This document shows, in pieces, positions 58,402 to 64,000 of a DNA stretch of 64,000 nucleotides. The notes beneath the pieces are model-generated. The model did no database searches, was not told the DNA's origin, and saw nothing but the letters and a program-made list of their open reading frames with translations. The translations under genes were made by a program, and so were the position numbers. The DNA lies in assembly GCA_025356575.1 (NCBI GenBank), contig JANXSP010000095.1, forward strand, positions 1,503 through 65,502. The letters run 5' to 3'. The stretch comes from Novosphingobium sp. (GTDB taxonomy: Bacteria; Pseudomonadota; Alphaproteobacteria; Sphingomonadales; Sphingomonadaceae). The number at the start of each line of letters is the position of its first letter. The first letter of the stretch is position 1.

Positions 58402-59577
58402 TCACACGCGCACCAGCCGCGCGACGAAAAATCCGTCGCAACCATCGGCCAGCGGGGTCAATCGCAGTCCCGCCCCGCGCGGATTTCCGGCGGCCAGCAG
58501 CGGGGTCTGCGCGCGCCAGCCGGGGGTGCGATCGAGGTACGCCGCGATCTGATCGGCGCCTTCGCGGTCGAGCAGCGAGCAGACGATATAGACCAGCCGT
58601 CCGCCCGGGGCGACGAGCGGCGCCGCCAGGTCGAGCAGCCGCGCCTGGAGCGCGACGTGGCGGTCGAGATCGCGGGGGGTCAGCCGCCAGCGCGCCTCGG
58701 GATTGCGCCGCCAGGTACCGGTGCCCGAGCACGGCGCATCGATCAGCACGCAATCGGCGCGCGCGGTCCACGCGGCGAGCTGCACGGCTTCCTGGTTGGG
58801 GTTGAGCAGCATCGTCTCCGCAATGCTCAACCCGGCGCGCGCCGCACGCAGCGGCAGGCGCTGGAGCCGCCCGCGATCGGTATCGCACGCCAGCAGCACG
58901 CCGCGATTCGCCATCGCTGCGCCCAGCGCCAGCGTCTTGCCGCCGGCGCCGGCGCACAAATCGATCACGGTTTCGCCGGGCTGGAGTTCGGCAGCCTCGC
59001 ACACCAGCTGCGAGCCGCTGTCCTGAACCTCGATCAGGCCCTCGTTGAACGCGGGCCACGTCTCGACGGGCGTTCCGGCGGGCAGGCGCAACCCGTTGCG
59101 AGCGACAGTCGGCTCGGCCGGAACGGGCAGTTCGATCGTGTCGCGCGCAGCTTTCAGCGAATTGACCCGCACATCGAGCGCGCCGCGGCCGAGCAGCGCG
59201 GCGGCCTCGTCCCCCGCGATGCCCGAGGCCGTCAGCGCCTCGACCAGCCACTGCGGCGCGATCCCGCCTTGCGCGACGGGCTCATCGACGATCGCGGGTG
59301 GGCCGTGCCCGCCGGTGCCGAACAGCGCGGTAAGTGCCGCGTCGCCCTCGGCCAGCCGCAGCATCGTGCTGCGCCCGTGCTGGGGCAGCGGGCCGCAGGC
59401 ACGGATCGCGGCATAGACCAGCTCGCGCACCGCGCGCCGGTCGCCGCTTCCGGCAAAGCGCCGCGTGCGGAACCATTCCGAAACGATGCGGTCGGCGGGC
59501 GCGCCCTGATTGCCCGCAGCGGCGACAATCAGGTCGAGGATTTCAATCGCAGCCTGAACCCGCGCGGCGGGGGTCAT
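58402..59577 (-). CDS. RsmB/NOP2/Sun family RNA cytosine-C5 methyltransferase
   Basis: DLCAGAGGKT SAM motif, DAPCSGTGTWRRNPE and YIVCS catalytic cysteines. Confidence 0.85.
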   Translation of the reverse strand: MTPAARVQAAIEILDLIVAAAGNQGAPADRIVSEWFRTRRFAGSGDRRAVRELVYAAIRACGPLPQHGRSTMLRLAEGDAALTALFGTGGHGPPAIVDEPVAQGGIAPQWLVEALTASGIAGDEAAALLGRGALDVRVNSLKAARDTIELPVPAEPTVARNGLRLPAGTPVETWPAFNEGLIEVQDSGSQLVCEAAELQPGETVIDLCAGAGGKTLALGAAMANRGVLLACDTDRGRLQRLPLRAARAGLSIAETMLLNPNQEAVQLAAWTARADCVLIDAPCSGTGTWRRNPEARWRLTPRDLDRHVALQARLLDLAAPLVAPGGRLVYIVCSLLDREGADQIAAYLDRTPGWRAQTPLLAAGNPRGAGLRLTPLADGCDGFFVARLVRV

Positions 59578-59589
59578 TCCCTACCCGCC

Positions 59590-59716
59590 TGAAGTCCCCG
59601 ACTTCGCGGGGAAGCAGCAAAGTAGAAGCAAAGATCAGTGCTCCCCCGCGCAGGCGGGGGCCTCAAGCGTGATGGCTTGACCGCCGCCCGAGTTTCCCAC
59701 CTTCGCAGCGAAGCGG
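59590..59716. repeat. REP/BIME-like cluster, copy D (three hairpin units in alternating orientation)
   Basis: TGAAGTCCCCGACTTCGCGGGGAAGC-N25-CTCCCCCGCGCAGGCGGGGGCCTCA, followed by a degenerate third unit GCCCGAGTTTCCCACCTTCGCAGCGAAGCGG. Confidence 0.8.
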
Positions 59717-59728
59717 CATAAAGTCTGC

Positions 59729-61255
<1,527 letters not shown>

Positions 61256-61296
61256 CTAGGGGGCGCAACCGGTTATTTGCGCCCCGGTGCGCCGGG

Positions 61297-62778
61297 TTAT
61301 TTGCGCGGAAGCGGGACTTTGCGCGAGTCTGCGAACCACCGCACCAGCGCGACGTGGAACACGGTATCCTCCGCAGCCCCGCCCAGCTCGAGTCCGGGCT
61401 TCACCTGGTCGCTCGGGCGGTGATAGTCCTTGTCCATATAGGCCTCGAGCCGGGTCATGTTGCCATAGGCGCTGGAAATCATCACCGCGGGAATATCGTG
61501 CTGGAGCAGCGCCCAACCGTCCTGCCGCCTGAGATAGGCGTTGGGCGCATCGCTCTGAAGGATCTGGCGGCGCTGCGCTCGCGCGACCGCGGCGATCCCA
61601 GCATCGAGCGTCGTGCGCCCCTGCCCGACCACACCGAGCGGGGTTCCCGCGGGATTGATCGCGACCGTGTCGATGTTGAACGCCGCGACAATCTGGGTGA
61701 GCGGCAGCGGCGGATTGTCCGTGAACGCCTGCGCGCCGAGCAGCCCGAGCTCCTCGCCCGTGGTGGCGAGAAAGATCACGTCGCGGTCCATCTGCGGGAC
61801 CCGCGACAACCGCCGCGCGATCTCGGTCAGCACCGCGACCCCGCTGGCATTGTCGACCGCGCCGTTGCAGATCGTGTGTTCGGCGGGAGGTTGCGCGCAG
61901 GTCCCGAAGTGATCCCAGTGCGCGACCAGCAGGACCGCGCCGGTTTCGGGGCGCCGGCCGGGCAGCCGCCCGATCAGGTTATGGGTCTTGATCGTGGTCG
62001 CCCGCGTCGTCGCTTCGAGTGAGACCGCCAGGTCGATCGGGTGGGGCACGAAATCCGCAGCCGCGGCGGCACGGCGCAGGCCGGCGACCGATTGGCCCAT
62101 GCCGGTAAGGATGCGGTCGAACGCCGCGCCGGTGACGAACGCGTCGAGATCGCCCCCGGTCGCGTCGCTGGCCAAGGCATAGCCTAGCCGCCGGCGGCGG
62201 GCGGAAACCTGCTCGAGCGTGCGGTCGCCGTCGAGCACCGTGAGCACCGCCGAGGCGCCGCCCGCCAGCAGCGCATTCTGGCGTATGCTGTTGTCGATCC
62301 CGCCATCGAGGATCAGTGCGACCCGCCCGGCCATATCGGCGCGTGCAGGTACTGCCCCCGCCCCCTTGCCCACGAACAGGACCGGCGCATTTTCCACCAG
62401 CGCGCGTTCGCCCGACGTCAAAACGAGCTGCGCATCCGCAGGAACGTACAGCCGCCGGCCCTTGCGCGTGAACGCTGCGCTTGACGACGCCGGCACGCGC
62501 GCCACCAGGGTTACCGGGGCAAACCATTCGTGCGCGGGATCGTTGGTCCCCGATTCGAGCCCGATATCGAACCACTGGTGCGCCAGATAGCGCAGCGTCT
62601 TGGTCTCGCCCTCGGTCCCCGGTTCGCGCCCGCCATAATCGTCGCTGGCGAGCACGGTGATATGCGCGAGCAATGCCGCCTCGAGCGCGTTATCGCGGCG
62701 CGGCGGGCTCGCGGCGATGGACGCGGCGGCGAACAGCGCAAGCAACCATCCGTTCGTCGTGCGTATGCGCCGTTTCAT
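61297..62778 (-). CDS. M28 family metallopeptidase (secreted aminopeptidase-like)
   Basis: Signal peptide MKRRIRTTNGWLLALFAAASIAA. HWDHFG, GAVDNASGVA, TGEELGLLGA. Confidence 0.85.
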   Translation of the reverse strand: MKRRIRTTNGWLLALFAAASIAASPPRRDNALEAALLAHITVLASDDYGGREPGTEGETKTLRYLAHQWFDIGLESGTNDPAHEWFAPVTLVARVPASSSAAFTRKGRRLYVPADAQLVLTSGERALVENAPVLFVGKGAGAVPARADMAGRVALILDGGIDNSIRQNALLAGGASAVLTVLDGDRTLEQVSARRRRLGYALASDATGGDLDAFVTGAAFDRILTGMGQSVAGLRRAAAAADFVPHPIDLAVSLEATTRATTIKTHNLIGRLPGRRPETGAVLLVAHWDHFGTCAQPPAEHTICNGAVDNASGVAVLTEIARRLSRVPQMDRDVIFLATTGEELGLLGAQAFTDNPPLPLTQIVAAFNIDTVAINPAGTPLGVVGQGRTTLDAGIAAVARAQRRQILQSDAPNAYLRRQDGWALLQHDIPAVMISSAYGNMTRLEAYMDKDYHRPSDQVKPGLELGGAAEDTVFHVALVRWFADSRKVPLPRK

Positions 62779-62839
62779 CGCGCGATCAATACACGATGCC
62801 AGAACTGCCACAAGCTGAACGCGGTGAAGCGGTTGCGCC

Positions 62840-63595
<756 letters not shown>

Positions 63596-63673
63596 AATCG
63601 ACTCCGCGTCGTTGATGCCGCACAACCCGTCCGCAATCGCGGCGCGAAGCCCGCGTGTCTAGGAGGAATGCCG

Positions 63674-64000
63674 ATGCGGCTCGACGATTTCGATCCCAAT
63701 TCCGTCAACGTCGAGGACCAGCGCGGTGGCGGCGGTTTCTCGATGGGGGGAACGGGCGGCAAGATCGGTTGCGGCAGCATCGTCATCGCGCTGATCGGCG
63801 CGCTCGTCTTCGGCATCTCGCCAAGCGACACACTGGGCACTTTGCAGAACATGGGCGGAGGCAGCAGTACGACCACCGCCGCCGCGCCCGGAGGAAACAG
63901 CGCGACCACATCGTGCAACGTCGACGCCTTGAGCCACGAGAGCTGCAACACGCTGTCCTCGCTCAACAAGACCTGGGCACCGCTGTTCGCGCAGGCGAAG
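63674..64000 (+). CDS. putative neutral zinc metallopeptidase (YpfJ-like); N-terminal part only, continues beyond the window
   Basis: Own translation: MRLDDFDPNSVNVEDQRGGGGFSMGG...GCGSIVIALIGALVFG. AGGAGG lies upstream. There is no stop in the window, so it is absent from the track. Confidence 0.65.
   Translation, partial: MRLDDFDPNSVNVEDQRGGGGFSMGGTGGKIGCGSIVIALIGALVFGISPSDTLGTLQNMGGGSSTTTAAAPGGNSATTSCNVDALSHESCNTLSSLNKTWAPLFAQAK

Overview
This is a visibly GC-rich chromosomal window (about two-thirds G+C by eye, not computed). I read it as core housekeeping DNA of an alphaproteobacterium, possibly Sphingomonadales-like. That placement is an inference from gene content and order: ALA synthase hemA, lepB-rnc-era, plsY-dprA-topA, lolCD, korAB, DUF1330 and DUF2853. 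I call about 58 protein-coding genes, densely packed, with at least ten 4-nt ATGA/GTGA stop-start overlaps. I found no rRNA, tRNA, CRISPR array, transposase, prophage or obvious defence island. Most long ORFs in the six-frame track are GC-driven shadow ORFs antisense to, or out of frame with, the real genes.

The most unusual observations:
1. A family of ~75-bp GC-rich double-hairpin (REP/BIME-like) elements occurs in five places. One copy sits in frame inside the carboxynorspermidine decarboxylase (nspC) coding sequence.
2. The GTPase gene era is split by an apparent 1-nt frameshift.
3. A 59-codon helix-turn-helix-like ORF, absent from the ORF track, is coupled by ATGA to the topA stop codon.
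4. Two tandem repeats have unit lengths that are multiples of three: 18 bp x5 in the plsY/murI divergent spacer, and 15 bp x4 inside cfa.
5. A DUF2853-TM-OmpA fusion protein.
6. A Lys/Pro/Ala-rich N-terminal extension on glutathione reductase.

I did not recognise a multi-gene novel system. All family assignments come from motif recognition by eye, not from database searches.
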